A stretch of 64,000 bases of DNA, from contig CAWJJC010000028.1 in the NCBI GenBank assembly GCA_963843145.1, positions 192,001-256,000 on the forward strand. Direction: 5' to 3'. Under the pieces are notes generated by a model that had not been told where the DNA came from, made no database searches, and was given only the letters and a program-made list of their open reading frames with translations. Positions 8,939 through 19,063 of this stretch are shown here, one piece after another. Every line of letters starts with the position of its first letter. Position 1 is the first letter of the stretch. The position numbers and the translations under genes are program-made. This DNA comes from an uncultured delta proteobacterium (GTDB taxonomy: Bacteria > Desulfobacterota > RBG-13-43-22).

Positions 8939-10428
8939 ACCTTAAACCCGAAATTCGGGTTTCGAGTTTGAACCCGATTTATTTCTAACGCGCTTTCTAT
9001 CCAGGCCAGGGCTTCTTCACGGGTCGTTAGGGCCCCCGACCATCGTTCTTCTTTAATCCGGTCTAAAATTTCTTTGAATATGGGACCGGGGACAAGTCCC
9101 AGGTGGATCAGATCGTTTCCGCTGATTAGGGGTGGAGCGCTCGCCAGAGGGATGATGATATCCTTCTGTATTTGCAAAGCCTCTCGCCACAAGCGGATAA
9201 GCCGGTCTTCCAAATCAGGGGGGTGGTCCGGGCCTTGGGCCGCCCGGCAGTCGGCTAAAGCCAGGAGAAAGACGCTGTTCAGATCCTCGCCGGTTTCCTT
9301 GACCAAACGGAGTAAAGCCCGGGGAGTTCTTCCCCCTACAGTCTCTTCCTGCAACAGGTGAAAAGGGCGCATATGCCAACCGATCAACCGCACCATGGTC
9401 TCCCTGGCCTGACGGCCCAGTCGGAAACGCTCGGCAATGGTATTAAACAGTTCCTGACCGAACCGATCATGGGAATGAAAAGTCCAGCGGTTTGCTCTTC
9501 GTTTCGCGGCGGCCGGTTTTCCCAAGTCGTGGACCAGCGCGGTCCATTTCAAAAATGGTCGCAGGGCTTCGTTCTCCGGGTGGGTTTTTAAGGCCTCGGT
9601 TAATTCGGACGGCCAAGGAGGCCTATGGGTCAGGATTTGTTCCAGACATTGAAGAGCCAGAAAGGAGTGGTCAAAAACGTTTAAATGATGAAAGCCGTTC
9701 TGGGGGGTGTTCTTCAGGGGGAGGAACTCCGGGAAGAGGATATCCAGAATCCCGTCTTCATTCATGAGCGAGAGGCTGGGGCCGGCCAGCGGCTGAGCCA
9801 GCAACTGAAGCCATTCATAAAGCCGGCGTTCGGACGCCGACCGGTTCAGTGTCGGACCCCATTCTTTCAATCCCCGCCGGGTCTCCGCTTCGATCTCCAT
9901 CCCGAATTGCGCCTGGAAGCGATAGGCCCGCAACAGGCGCAGCGGGTCCCGGTCAAAACTATTCGGAGCGCATTGGCGGATGATTCCCTGAGCCAGGTCG
10001 CCCGCCCCGTTCAGCGGATCGATGGGTTCCCAAGGATCGGGACCGAAGGCCGGGGTCAAGGGCAAGGCCAGGCTGTTGATAGTGAAATCCCGATCCCTTA
10101 AGTCCTCAGGGAGACTGGCGGCGCGAAAACCGGCAAAGTCGAATTGAAGGCCGGGAACGACCACTCGGGCGGTCGCCCGGTCCTTTTTTAAGAGGACAAA
10201 AGTGCCCTGAGCGGCTTGGGCAAACTCCCGGGCCAGCTCCAGTGCTTGCCGGGAAACCGCCAGATCGATGTCCCGGGTTGGTCGCCCGAGAAACCAGTCC
10301 CGGATCAGGCCGCCGGTCAAGTAACAGGCAGACCCCAGGCGATCGGCCCTTTGCCGCAGGGTTTGGAAAAGCGGTTCCTGGGTGACCCAGTTTCGTAAAT
10401 TTTTAAGCTGGATAGGTTGTTGTTCCAA
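8935..10428 (-). CDS. CCA tRNA nucleotidyltransferase / poly(A) polymerase family with HD domain
   Basis: GGLIRD..DIDL, RDFTIN, DPLRLLRAYRF, HDLGK. Start uncertain (TTG 10428 chosen). Confidence 0.88.
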   Translation of the reverse strand: MEQQPIQLKNLRNWVTQEPLFQTLRQRADRLGSACYLTGGLIRDWFLGRPTRDIDLAVSRQALELAREFAQAAQGTFVLLKKDRATARVVVPGLQFDFAGFRAASLPEDLRDRDFTINSLALPLTPAFGPDPWEPIDPLNGAGDLAQGIIRQCAPNSFDRDPLRLLRAYRFQAQFGMEIEAETRRGLKEWGPTLNRSASERRLYEWLQLLAQPLAGPSLSLMNEDGILDILFPEFLPLKNTPQNGFHHLNVFDHSFLALQCLEQILTHRPPWPSELTEALKTHPENEALRPFLKWTALVHDLGKPAAAKRRANRWTFHSHDRFGQELFNTIAERFRLGRQARETMVRLIGWHMRPFHLLQEETVGGRTPRALLRLVKETGEDLNSVFLLALADCRAAQGPDHPPDLEDRLIRLWREALQIQKDIIIPLASAPPLISGNDLIHLGLVPGPIFKEILDRIKEERWSGALTTREEALAWIESALEINRVQTRNPNFGFKV

Positions 10429-10437
10429 AATAAACCT

Positions 10438-11781
10438 ATGAAAGATCGTCCTTCTATTTTGTTGATCAATCCCCCCCTTTGGGATTTTTCCGCTTTTGAT
10501 CTCTGGGCCAAGCCCTTGGGACTGCTGTATCTGGCAGCCACTTTGCGGGCCAACGGGTACCGGATCCATTGGCTGGATGCCCTGGACCCCTATCTTCCTC
10601 AGGCCCGTGATTTACCTTCCCCAGGCTCGCGGAAGCGCTACGGAATCGGGCCATACTTCCGGCAGCGGCTCGCTCGGCCACCCGCTTTGAAAGAGATACC
10701 CAGGTTTTATTACCGCTTTGGGATCCCGCCCCGGATTTTTAGAGATGCCTTGTTGCAGATTCCGGAACCTCAAGCCGTACTGATCACCTCGCTGATGACC
10801 TACTGGTATCCGGGAGTTCAAGAGGCGGTCTCCCTGGTCAAAGAGGTTTTCCCTGAGACCCCGTTGGTCCTGGGAGGCCTCTACGCCGGTTTGCTGCCCC
10901 GTCATGCCCAGGCCCTGAGCGGCGTCGATTATCTTATCACCGGAGAAGGGGAGGGGGCAATTTTAAAATTTTTGAAGGGCTTGACCGGATTGACTCCGGT
11001 CAAGATCCCCGACCCGGAAGACCTGGATACGTATCCCTTTCCGGCCTTCGATCAGTATTCGCGGCTTCCCTATGTCTGTTTACTGACCGCTCGCGGTTGC
11101 CCTCTCGCCTGTCCCTATTGTGCCTCTCGGCTCTTGCAGCCCCGATTTCGGGAACGGTCCCCGGAAAACATCCTCGAGGAAATCCGACACTGGCACCAGG
11201 GGTATGGGGTGCAAGACTTTGCCTTTTATGACGACGCGCTGCTGACCCATTTTGAGCAGCGCCTGGGCCCGGTATTGGAGCGGGTCATTCGAGAGGGTTG
11301 GGGTCTCCGCTTTCACGCTCCAAATGCCCTCCAGGTGCGGGAGATCGACACGCACCGGGCCCGGGTGCTTTTTCGGGCCGGATTCAAAACGCTGAGGTTG
11401 GGTGTGGAAACCACCAACTGGGATCGGCAAAGGACCTGGGGAGGCAAGCTCGATCCAGGATCTTGGCAGCGGGCGGTGAGGGCCTTAATGGATGGCGGAT
11501 TTTCCGGGGAGCAGATCGGGGCTTACTTGTTGGCAGGTTTGCCGGGGCAGAGCCTCAGGGAAATAGCCGGCTCGATTAGGGAGGTTAAAGAAATGGGCCT
11601 TCGGCCCCGGCTGGCCGAATATTCGCCCATCCCCGGGACGCCGCTCTGGTCGGAGGCCTGTGCCGTTTCCCGTTTTCCCCTGGCGGAGGAACCCCTTTAT
11701 CAGAACAATTCCCTTTTCCCCTGCCTGAATCCCTTTTCCTGGGATCAAGTCCAACAGTTGAAGGATCTGGCCCGGGAATGA
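10438..11781 (+). CDS. B12-binding radical SAM protein
   Basis: N-terminal cobalamin-binding region (PLGLLYLAA), RGCPLACPYC. Confidence 0.88.
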   Translation: MKDRPSILLINPPLWDFSAFDLWAKPLGLLYLAATLRANGYRIHWLDALDPYLPQARDLPSPGSRKRYGIGPYFRQRLARPPALKEIPRFYYRFGIPPRIFRDALLQIPEPQAVLITSLMTYWYPGVQEAVSLVKEVFPETPLVLGGLYAGLLPRHAQALSGVDYLITGEGEGAILKFLKGLTGLTPVKIPDPEDLDTYPFPAFDQYSRLPYVCLLTARGCPLACPYCASRLLQPRFRERSPENILEEIRHWHQGYGVQDFAFYDDALLTHFEQRLGPVLERVIREGWGLRFHAPNALQVREIDTHRARVLFRAGFKTLRLGVETTNWDRQRTWGGKLDPGSWQRAVRALMDGGFSGEQIGAYLLAGLPGQSLREIAGSIREVKEMGLRPRLAEYSPIPGTPLWSEACAVSRFPLAEEPLYQNNSLFPCLNPFSWDQVQQLKDLARE

Positions 11782-11821
11782 AGGGCAAACCGTTTTAGCT
11801 CTAGCGAACCTTTTTTGATTA

Positions 11822-11992
11822 GCTCGCAAAAAGTCCCAACCTGTGATCCTGAGCGAACGCGAAGGATCTCGTCTTTGGCTCAGGGTAAACTCCGCGAAGG
11901 ATCTTACAGCCTGTTGGAAAAAAGAGATTCTTCGTCCCGCGTTATCGCGGGACGAAGAATGACAAGCACTCTCTGAAGGGCTTTTGGAGTCG
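11822..11992. repeat. REP/MITE-like double-hairpin intergenic element
   Basis: gtgatcctgagcgaacgcgaaggatct ... agattcttcgtcccgcg-ttat-cgcgggacgaagaatgaca, with outer imperfect inverted ends. Confidence 0.7.
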
Positions 11993-11994
11993 GG

Positions 11995-12774
11995 TCAGGG
12001 GAGAGGATCTTCCGCGGCGGGAAAAGGCCGATTGATCAGGGTGGCCAGGTAAGCAGCGCCGAAACCGTTGTCGATGTTGACTACGGCTACCCCGGAGGCG
12101 CAGGAGTTAAGCATGCCCAGCAGGGCGGCTACCCCTTGGAAGCTGGCCCCGTAGCCCACGCTGGTCGGCACGGCGATCACCGGCCGGTCCACCAATCCGC
12201 CCACCACACTGGGCAAAGCCCCTTCCATACCGGCGACCACAATCAGGACCGAAGCCAGGGCAATTTTTTTCTGGTGGGCCAACAAACGGTGAAGGCCGGC
12301 GACCCCCAGATCATAAAGATGCTCCACCGGGTTGCCCATGACCCGGGCCGTGATCAAGGCTTCTTCGGCCACGGGGATATCCGAGGTCCCGGCGGAAATA
12401 ATGAGTACGGTTCCCCGGGCGGAATTAACCGTCACCGGGTTCTTTTCCAGGGTCAGGACCCGGGAGAGGGGATGGTAGACGGCCCGGGGGTATTTTTTTA
12501 AGATCGTCCGGGCCTTATCCGGGGCCAAACGGGTGATCAGGATGTTTTCTCCCTGACGAGCCATCCGGACCATGATCTCCAGCACCTGGGTGGCCGTTTT
12601 GCCTTCCCCGTAAATCACTTCGGGGAATCCCTTGCGCAAGGAGCGGTGGTGGTCGATTTGGGCGAAATCAATATCTTCAAAAGGCAGATGTTTTAGGCTT
12701 TTCAGCGCACCGTCCACCGTGAGTGTACCCTGTCTGACCTGGGTCAGGATTTTTTTTAACCGCTCCGGGTTCAT
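11995..12774 (-). CDS. larB: Nickel-pincer cofactor biosynthesis protein LarB
   Basis: GFPEVIYGEGKT, AGTSDIPVAEEA, AGMEGALPSVVGG, VNIDNGFGA. Confidence 0.92.
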   Translation of the reverse strand: MNPERLKKILTQVRQGTLTVDGALKSLKHLPFEDIDFAQIDHHRSLRKGFPEVIYGEGKTATQVLEIMVRMARQGENILITRLAPDKARTILKKYPRAVYHPLSRVLTLEKNPVTVNSARGTVLIISAGTSDIPVAEEALITARVMGNPVEHLYDLGVAGLHRLLAHQKKIALASVLIVVAGMEGALPSVVGGLVDRPVIAVPTSVGYGASFQGVAALLGMLNSCASGVAVVNIDNGFGAAYLATLINRPFPAAEDPLP

Positions 12775-12865
12775 GGTTCCTTCCTTCGGGCAATCTGTTT
12801 GATTTTAATTCTAAAATCTTATAGAATATTTGGATATCCGGCAACCCTAAAAAGAGCGACGTCTT

Positions 12866-13792
12866 ATGAATAGCCAAAATGAATATTCCGCCTGGATGGA
12901 AATCACCCTTACTATTCCGGCGTTCCAGGCCGAAGACTGTTCGGTTATCCTCTTCGAGGAAACCGGAAGGGGTACCTATAAGGTGGACCCTGATGCGGCT
13001 TTAGAGGGGCCACAACGGGTTCGTGGATTTTTGCCTCGGGATGAGGCTTTTCGCCGGAAATTCATCCGGCTTAAAAAAAGGATCGCCGCCTATTTTTCAT
13101 TTTTCCCGGAGGTCCCTTCCCCCTGCTGGGAGCTGCGGCTGATCCCTTCCGAAAACTGGCAGGATAACTGGAAACGGAATTTTAAACCCTTGAAGCTCTC
13201 TCCCTCTCTCGTAATCTGCCCAACCTGGGAGGAATACCGGCCTGAAGGCCGGGAAAAGGTCCTGCGCCTCGATCCCGGCCAGGCCTTCGGGACCGGTGGC
13301 CACGCCAGCACCCGGTTATGCCTGAGGGTCCTGGAAGGCCTATCCGAAGAGACCGATCACTCCCGCCACCCTTTGACCCGGGTCCTGGATGTGGGTACCG
13401 GGACCGGGATTTTGGCTCTGGCCGCGGCCCTGTTCAATGCCCGGTCGGTACTGGCCATTGACTCGGACCCCCTGGCGGTGGCGGCGGCACGTCTGCATGT
13501 GGCCATAAACGGTTTTGAATCCATCATCCGAGTGGAGGAGGGGACGGCGGAATCTATCCAGGGCGTTTACTCTCTGATTTTCGCCAATTTAACCTTGGCT
13601 GACCTGCTGCCTTTGACCGGGGTGCTCCAGAGCCTGCTCTCTCCCGGAGGATTTCTGGTTTTGTCCGGAATTTTAGATTCCCAGGCTAAAGAATTGATTC
13701 GGGCCTGTGTGCTCCACAAGCTGACCTTCCTCTGCCTTTACCTGGAAGAGGAATGGGCCGGCGTCTTGTTTTCAAAGGAGCCCGGGGTATAG
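12866..13792 (+). CDS. prmA: Ribosomal protein L11 methyltransferase
   Basis: LDPGQAFGTGGHAST, VLDVGTGTGIL, LSGIL. Confidence 0.93.
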   Translation: MNSQNEYSAWMEITLTIPAFQAEDCSVILFEETGRGTYKVDPDAALEGPQRVRGFLPRDEAFRRKFIRLKKRIAAYFSFFPEVPSPCWELRLIPSENWQDNWKRNFKPLKLSPSLVICPTWEEYRPEGREKVLRLDPGQAFGTGGHASTRLCLRVLEGLSEETDHSRHPLTRVLDVGTGTGILALAAALFNARSVLAIDSDPLAVAAARLHVAINGFESIIRVEEGTAESIQGVYSLIFANLTLADLLPLTGVLQSLLSPGGFLVLSGILDSQAKELIRACVLHKLTFLCLYLEEEWAGVLFSKEPGV

Positions 13793-13813
13793 TGTAGTCA
13801 CAGCAAAAGACAA

Positions 13814-14020
13814 TCTCTCACAGAGCGCACAGAGATCGCAGAGAAAAGTAATTTTTGATTGCCGTTGAGGGGACGACAATCAAAAAAATCTCGTCGCTTC
13901 GCGAAGGAATCCCCGCCGGAGGCGTGAGTGGTTTTAAAAAATCGCCCTCTCAGCTATTTTTTTAAAAAAGTTCTCTGAGCTCTCTGTGAACTCGAGCGAC
14001 AAAAAGGAGCGGGCGAGAGA
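13814..14020. repeat. MITE-like element with inverted cacagag arms
   Basis: ctcacagagcgcacagag ... ctctgagctctctgtga; internal hairpin tttgattg(c)cg..cgacaatcaaa. Confidence 0.6.
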
Positions 14021-14068
14021 AAAATGGTTCACCCGGTTTATTCTGCAGGTAGGGGATTATAAATAACT

Positions 14069-14818
14069 GTGACGCCCAGACGTTTTTTCATGGATTCCGG
14101 TCGCCTTCAGCAGGAGAGACCCTCGCTGGAGGGGGAGGAGGCCGACCATATCCTGCGGGTCCTGCGGCTGGGTCCCGGTGACCGGATCGTTCTTTTTGAT
14201 AATACCGGCTGGGAATTTAATGCCCAAATAGCCGGTACGCAGAGGGGGCAGGTTTTTTGTGAAGTGTTGGGGAAAAAATGGGTCCCCCGGGAATCCCCGC
14301 TGAGGATTACCCTGGCTGTTCCCCTGATTCGACCACAGCCCCTGGAATGGATCTATCAAAAAGGCACGGAGCTGGGAGTGAATTTGTTTTACCCTTACTA
14401 TTCCAGCAAATCCGGGCGCAATTTTTCCAGACAGGAATTGGGGGGCAAGCAGGAACGATGGAAACGGATCATCACCGCAGCGGCCAAACAGTGCGGCCGG
14501 AACCGATTGCCCGAACTAATGGCGCCTTGCTCCTTTGATCAGGTGCTGGAGACCGGGGGCCAGGCCTTGCGAATTCTGCCCTATGAAGGAGAAACTGCTA
14601 ATACCTTAAAGGAAATAGCCGATAAAACCCCTGAGACCGGGCAGGTAATGGTTTGTATCGGACCGGAAGGGGGCTTTGGTTCGGAAGAGATCCGCCGGGC
14701 TAAAGAAAAAAACTTTTTTACCATCTCCCTGGGGCCCAGGATACTGAGGGCCGAAACAGCAGTCCTGACTCTTATCGGTCTCTTGCAATATTGTTGGGGG
14801 GACCTGGGGGGAAATTGA
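14069..14818 (+). CDS. rsmE: 16S rRNA m3U1498 methyltransferase
   Basis: HILRVLRL, QKGTELGV, IGPEGGF, LGPRILRAETA. Confidence 0.95.
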   Translation: MTPRRFFMDSGRLQQERPSLEGEEADHILRVLRLGPGDRIVLFDNTGWEFNAQIAGTQRGQVFCEVLGKKWVPRESPLRITLAVPLIRPQPLEWIYQKGTELGVNLFYPYYSSKSGRNFSRQELGGKQERWKRIITAAAKQCGRNRLPELMAPCSFDQVLETGGQALRILPYEGETANTLKEIADKTPETGQVMVCIGPEGGFGSEEIRRAKEKNFFTISLGPRILRAETAVLTLIGLLQYCWGDLGGN

Positions 14819-14831
14819 AAAGGAGGTTTCT

Positions 14832-15185
14832 ATGCGTTGTCCGAAGTGCGGTTACAACCAATTTGACAATCCGGACACTTGTTCCAAATGCCGGGCGGAC
14901 CTTTCGGGGGAAAGGATTCGCTTAAATCTTCCCGCAGGACCTTTGCATCCCCTCTCCCTGACGGAAATCCTGAAAAAGGTCCCATCGGGTTCAGTCAAGG
15001 CTGCCCCGGTAAACGAGGGAACTGCAAGAACCCAACCAGTGCCTTCCTCGGCTCCAAAAACCGTAGACCTCGATCTCAACGACGAGACCACCGTGGCCGC
15101 GCTCTCCGAAAAATGGAAAGTCAACCCGGCGGAGGAGAAGAAGAAACTCAGCGAGGGATTCGCGGTGGACCTTACCCTGGAATAA
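14832..15185 (+). CDS. Zinc-ribbon hypothetical protein
   Basis: MRCPKCGY..CSKC; strong AGGAGG RBS. Confidence 0.75.
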   Translation: MRCPKCGYNQFDNPDTCSKCRADLSGERIRLNLPAGPLHPLSLTEILKKVPSGSVKAAPVNEGTARTQPVPSSAPKTVDLDLNDETTVAALSEKWKVNPAEEKKKLSEGFAVDLTLE

Positions 15186-15201
15186 AAAACCGATATTTTT
15201 C

Positions 15202-15229
15202 TTGACAAAATTCCGGGAATCTTTAAAGT
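15202..15229 (+). promoter_or_regulatory. sigma70 promoter of tRNA-Phe
   Basis: TTGACA-N16-TAAAGT. Confidence 0.65.
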
Positions 15230-15238
15230 GAAACCCGT

Positions 15239-15314
<76 letters not shown>

Positions 15315-15333
15315 CGTTTTTCTAAAGGAAGAG

Positions 15334-15372
15334 AAGAGGCTTATCCGGAAGCGGTTAGGCCTCTTTTATTTT
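15334..15372 (+). terminator. Rho-independent terminator after tRNA-Phe
   Basis: aagaggc...gcctctt followed by a T-rich tract. Confidence 0.65.
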
Positions 15373-15513
15373 GTACCCGGGATTCGGACGATCACTAAAA
15401 GTCGGGACTTCCCGGGGTTGGAGGATTAGCCAATTCTTCTAATTTCCGCCGCTTTCTGCTAGACTGGAGCACTGGTATTAAAATCGTTTCGGATTTCAGA
15501 GGAGAAACTTTTT

Positions 15514-16560
15514 TTGAAGGCCCATAATCAGCAATCGTTCACCAAATCCGCTACCTCGGCCGAAAAAGGAAGGTGTCTGATGAAGGCGGTGGGTCCTGAC
15601 GACACGCTGGGCATACTGATCAATGCCGATCCCGATGCCATGGCCAGCGCCATCGCCTTGAAACGGATTTTCTGGCGGAAGGCCAAAAAGATCTTAATCT
15701 ATCATATCAACCAGGTGCAGCGGGCGGACAATCTGGCCTTTATCAAGTTCCTGAGAATAGAGCAGCAGCACCTCCGGCACCTGAAGCCCGCCCTGATAAC
15801 CAAATGGGCCGTAGTGGATTCCCAGCCGCAGCATTACGCGGAGTTTCGGGACATTCCCTTCGATATCGTCATCGATCACCATCCCTGTGAAGGGGGATTG
15901 ACGGCGGATTTTGTGGATGTCCGCGAAAATTTCGGCGCCACCGCCACCATCATGACCGAATACCTCAAAGGGCTCAAAATCATCCCCTCCCAGAGATTGG
16001 CGACCGCGCTTTTTTACGGAATAAAGACCGATACGGATAATTTCGTGCGGGGGGCTACCCTGGAGGACATCAGCGCCTTCCGCTATCTGTATAAATTTAC
16101 CAATATGAACATAATCAAGAAAATTGAATCTTCGGAAATAACCAGAAAAATCCTAACCAGTTATAAATTGGCTCTGGAAAAATTGACTTTCGTGAAGGAT
16201 AAGGCTTTCGTTTATCTGGGCGAGGTGGAAAATCCGGATATTCTGGTGATCATCGCCGATTTTTTTACCCGCCTGGGCGAAGCCACCTGGAGCATCGTCT
16301 CCGGGACGCATAAAGACAAATTGATCGTCATCTTCCGGAACGCGGATTTGCGGGGAAATGCGGGAAAAACGGCACAGAAGCTGTTTGAAGGGTGGGGGGC
16401 CTCGGCCGGGGGACACAAAAATGCCGCTCGGGCAGAAATGCCGCTGGACTCCCTTCCCCGGGATTCGAAAGGAGCCCTCGATCCGGAGGCCTTTGTGCTG
16501 AGAAATATCCGGGGGCTTAAAAAAAGCATGAAAGAGAAGGCCGGGTCGTCTAAGCCATGA
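15514..16560 (+). CDS. DHH-family phosphoesterase
   Basis: ADPDAMAS, IDHH, GIKTDT, AGGHKNAA. Confidence 0.88.
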   Translation: MKAHNQQSFTKSATSAEKGRCLMKAVGPDDTLGILINADPDAMASAIALKRIFWRKAKKILIYHINQVQRADNLAFIKFLRIEQQHLRHLKPALITKWAVVDSQPQHYAEFRDIPFDIVIDHHPCEGGLTADFVDVRENFGATATIMTEYLKGLKIIPSQRLATALFYGIKTDTDNFVRGATLEDISAFRYLYKFTNMNIIKKIESSEITRKILTSYKLALEKLTFVKDKAFVYLGEVENPDILVIIADFFTRLGEATWSIVSGTHKDKLIVIFRNADLRGNAGKTAQKLFEGWGASAGGHKNAARAEMPLDSLPRDSKGALDPEAFVLRNIRGLKKSMKEKAGSSKP

Positions 16561-18458
16561 AACCGATTTTAAGGGTTTTTGTCTGGGGCTGGGTGGGACT
16601 GTTCTGGCTGGGGACGTCCTGGGCGGGCATGGAGACCCTTTCCCTGCCCATCACCCTCGATCCGCCTTTGCTGCGGGCCTTTTTGATCCAACAGGTGTTT
16701 CCTGAACCCGGCCCCCGGGCGATCCTGATCGATCCCGGGAATCACTGCAATCGAATCGAATTGAAAGACCCGGAAGTTAAGACCAATGAGGGAGGGCTGA
16801 TCCTCTTCGCCCGCCTTCAGGTCCGGGCCGGATTATCGGTCATGGCCGAATGCCTCCAGCCGGTGGATTGGGAGGGTAATTTCAAGGCCCGGTTGGAACC
16901 CCTTCTGGAAAACCAAGACTGGCGGCTCCACTTTCGAGTGGTGGATTCCCGTTTGTATCAACGATCAGAGGATGAAATCTCCGTTGCCCGGGTCGTCTGG
17001 GACCTGGTCAAACGGTTTGTTCATCCGCAATTGGAAAAATTCTCCGTCAACCTGGCGCCCCCGGTCACGCAAATCAGGGAGCTGATCCCCTTGATGGTCC
17101 ATCCGGAAAGCCGGGACCGGATCTCCACCTGGCTGAAAACCCTTCGTCCGGGGGCCGTCGAAACCGGTCCCGAGGCCCTACGCGTTCCGGTTCTTTTTGA
17201 GGTGGAGGTCCCGGATCCGGGTGCGGCCATTCCTGAGGGAACCGGCCCGCCTGAAAAAGAGCCGGAGCGGTTGCAAGCACTTTGGGAATTGTGGGACCCC
17301 TTTGTGGTCTTTCAAATCCTGGCTCTGGCCGGGCAGCCGTTGACCCCGGAAGAGCGGGACCGGGTGCTGGAGATTCTCCTGTCCGGGAGGTACCAGGTGG
17401 CCGCGGCGCTGAACCAGGCCGGGACCCCGGCACCCGACCTGATACGCCGGCAATTGGTGACCGCCTGGTCCGGCCTCAGCCCCATCCTCAGAAAATATCT
17501 GGTTCAGGAACCGTCACCCCATCTGGTTAATTACCTGGCCTTTTTCAGCGTCATGGACGCCTTAAAGGCCTTGGACCGGATCGGACCCGCCTTCGGTCTG
17601 GAAGTCAGCCGGTACGGGTTGATTCGGCTGGCCCGGCTGCTGGCTTCCCCAAAGTCCGACTGGGAGCCCCGGTATTCGAAGGAAGTGGATCCCCGTTTAC
17701 GCGAGATGTTACTGTTGGGTCCGCCCATCGAAGAGCCCGGACCGGAATATGATGCGGAGGAAGTGGACCTTCCGGAGGAGTTATGGCCGGAGTCCGGCTT
17801 GGGACCGGAAAGCCTGGGGCGTTGGATGATCCGGTCGGCCGCCGCAAATGTCGGGGGCAGCACCCGAACCGGTAAGGACCTCTTGCCCTGGATCCCTCCC
17901 CGGAAGGAGGTCGATCCTTATATTTCGAGAATCCGCGGCCTCATCTCCAGGGCCGCGGAACGGGTTTTTAATGGGTATCATCTGGATCAGGAGCGGCTGG
18001 AAGGTTTCAAAAAACTGGTACCGGCCACGGCCTGGCAGGAGAGCTGCTGGCGGCAGTTTACCGTCAGCAACGGGAAAATACGTTACCTCACCTCCTATAA
18101 CCGGAGCTCTGTCGGCCTGATGCAGATCAACGTCCAAGTCTGGCGGGGAATCTACCGGCCGGAGAGCCTGCGCTGGAACATCCGTTACAACGCCCGGGCC
18201 GGAACGGAGATCCTGGCCCGCTACCTGCGCTACGGCCTGGAACGGGTCGGCCCATCCAACCCCCCCGACGACGACCTGCTCTACCAGGCCGTGTACGCCA
18301 TGTACAACGGCGGTCCAGACCAGTTCGCCCTTTTCTTGCAGCGGGCCCGGAAAGAACAGCGTCAGCTCAGCGACCGACTGTTCAAAGAAAAATACGAGTG
18401 GGTCGAAGAGGGTCGATGGGAAAAGGTAGGCGTTTGTTTGACCGGAGCGGAAACCTGA
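16557..18458 (+). CDS. Exported protein with C-terminal lytic transglycosylase (SLT) domain
   Basis: Signal peptide; WQESCW, GLMQIN, AMYNGGP. Confidence 0.8.
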   Translation: MKPILRVFVWGWVGLFWLGTSWAGMETLSLPITLDPPLLRAFLIQQVFPEPGPRAILIDPGNHCNRIELKDPEVKTNEGGLILFARLQVRAGLSVMAECLQPVDWEGNFKARLEPLLENQDWRLHFRVVDSRLYQRSEDEISVARVVWDLVKRFVHPQLEKFSVNLAPPVTQIRELIPLMVHPESRDRISTWLKTLRPGAVETGPEALRVPVLFEVEVPDPGAAIPEGTGPPEKEPERLQALWELWDPFVVFQILALAGQPLTPEERDRVLEILLSGRYQVAAALNQAGTPAPDLIRRQLVTAWSGLSPILRKYLVQEPSPHLVNYLAFFSVMDALKALDRIGPAFGLEVSRYGLIRLARLLASPKSDWEPRYSKEVDPRLREMLLLGPPIEEPGPEYDAEEVDLPEELWPESGLGPESLGRWMIRSAAANVGGSTRTGKDLLPWIPPRKEVDPYISRIRGLISRAAERVFNGYHLDQERLEGFKKLVPATAWQESCWRQFTVSNGKIRYLTSYNRSSVGLMQINVQVWRGIYRPESLRWNIRYNARAGTEILARYLRYGLERVGPSNPPDDDLLYQAVYAMYNGGPDQFALFLQRARKEQRQLSDRLFKEKYEWVEEGRWEKVGVCLTGAET

Positions 18459-18567
18459 TAATAGTGAGTGCGTCATCCCTCGGGGAGATATTAATCAAGC
18501 CGGTCCGGAAAAAAGCTGACCTTGGACAGGCCGATCCAGACCTTTTCCTTAAATTGAATCCTGCCTT

Positions 18568-18885
18568 CTAAAACAGCGTCTTCAGCCACTCCTTCACTTC
18601 CGGGGGCAGGGGATAGACTCCTTTGGCGTAGTCACAGCAACTCCAATATTCCCGCGGAAGTTCCAATTCCTGCAGCGTCTCCGGCCCGTCCTTGGTCATC
18701 TTCTGCAGGCGGACCAGGTACGGCTCCTGCCAGGTGTCGATGGAAAAATAGAAAGATTCGGATTCGGGGTTCCCATAGTGGCCGGAATACCCGGTATTCC
18801 CCCATTCCAGATGGACGGCCACGGCATCGGCCGGACCCATATCCCAGTTTATGGACAAGTCTTTGAATTTGGCTAAGGAGCCCAT
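18568..18885 (-). CDS. DVU0772-like conserved protein
   Basis: INWDMGPADAVAVHLEWGN..YFSIDTW resembles the sulfate-reducer DVU0772 family (from memory); GGAGG RBS. Confidence 0.7.
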   Translation of the reverse strand: MGSLAKFKDLSINWDMGPADAVAVHLEWGNTGYSGHYGNPESESFYFSIDTWQEPYLVRLQKMTKDGPETLQELELPREYWSCCDYAKGVYPLPPEVKEWLKTLF

Positions 18886-19063
18886 GAAATATCCTCCCAA
18901 AAGGGTGGAGCGTCTAAGATAATCCTATTCTAATCCAATTCGCTGATTATCCGCAACCAGGAATCAGAAAAGAGGATATGATGGGATCGCCAAGAGAATG
19001 TGGTTCAGGCGGGTCGACCTCAGGCAGACGAGATCGCGGATACAAGAGGACCTGGTTAGGTGT

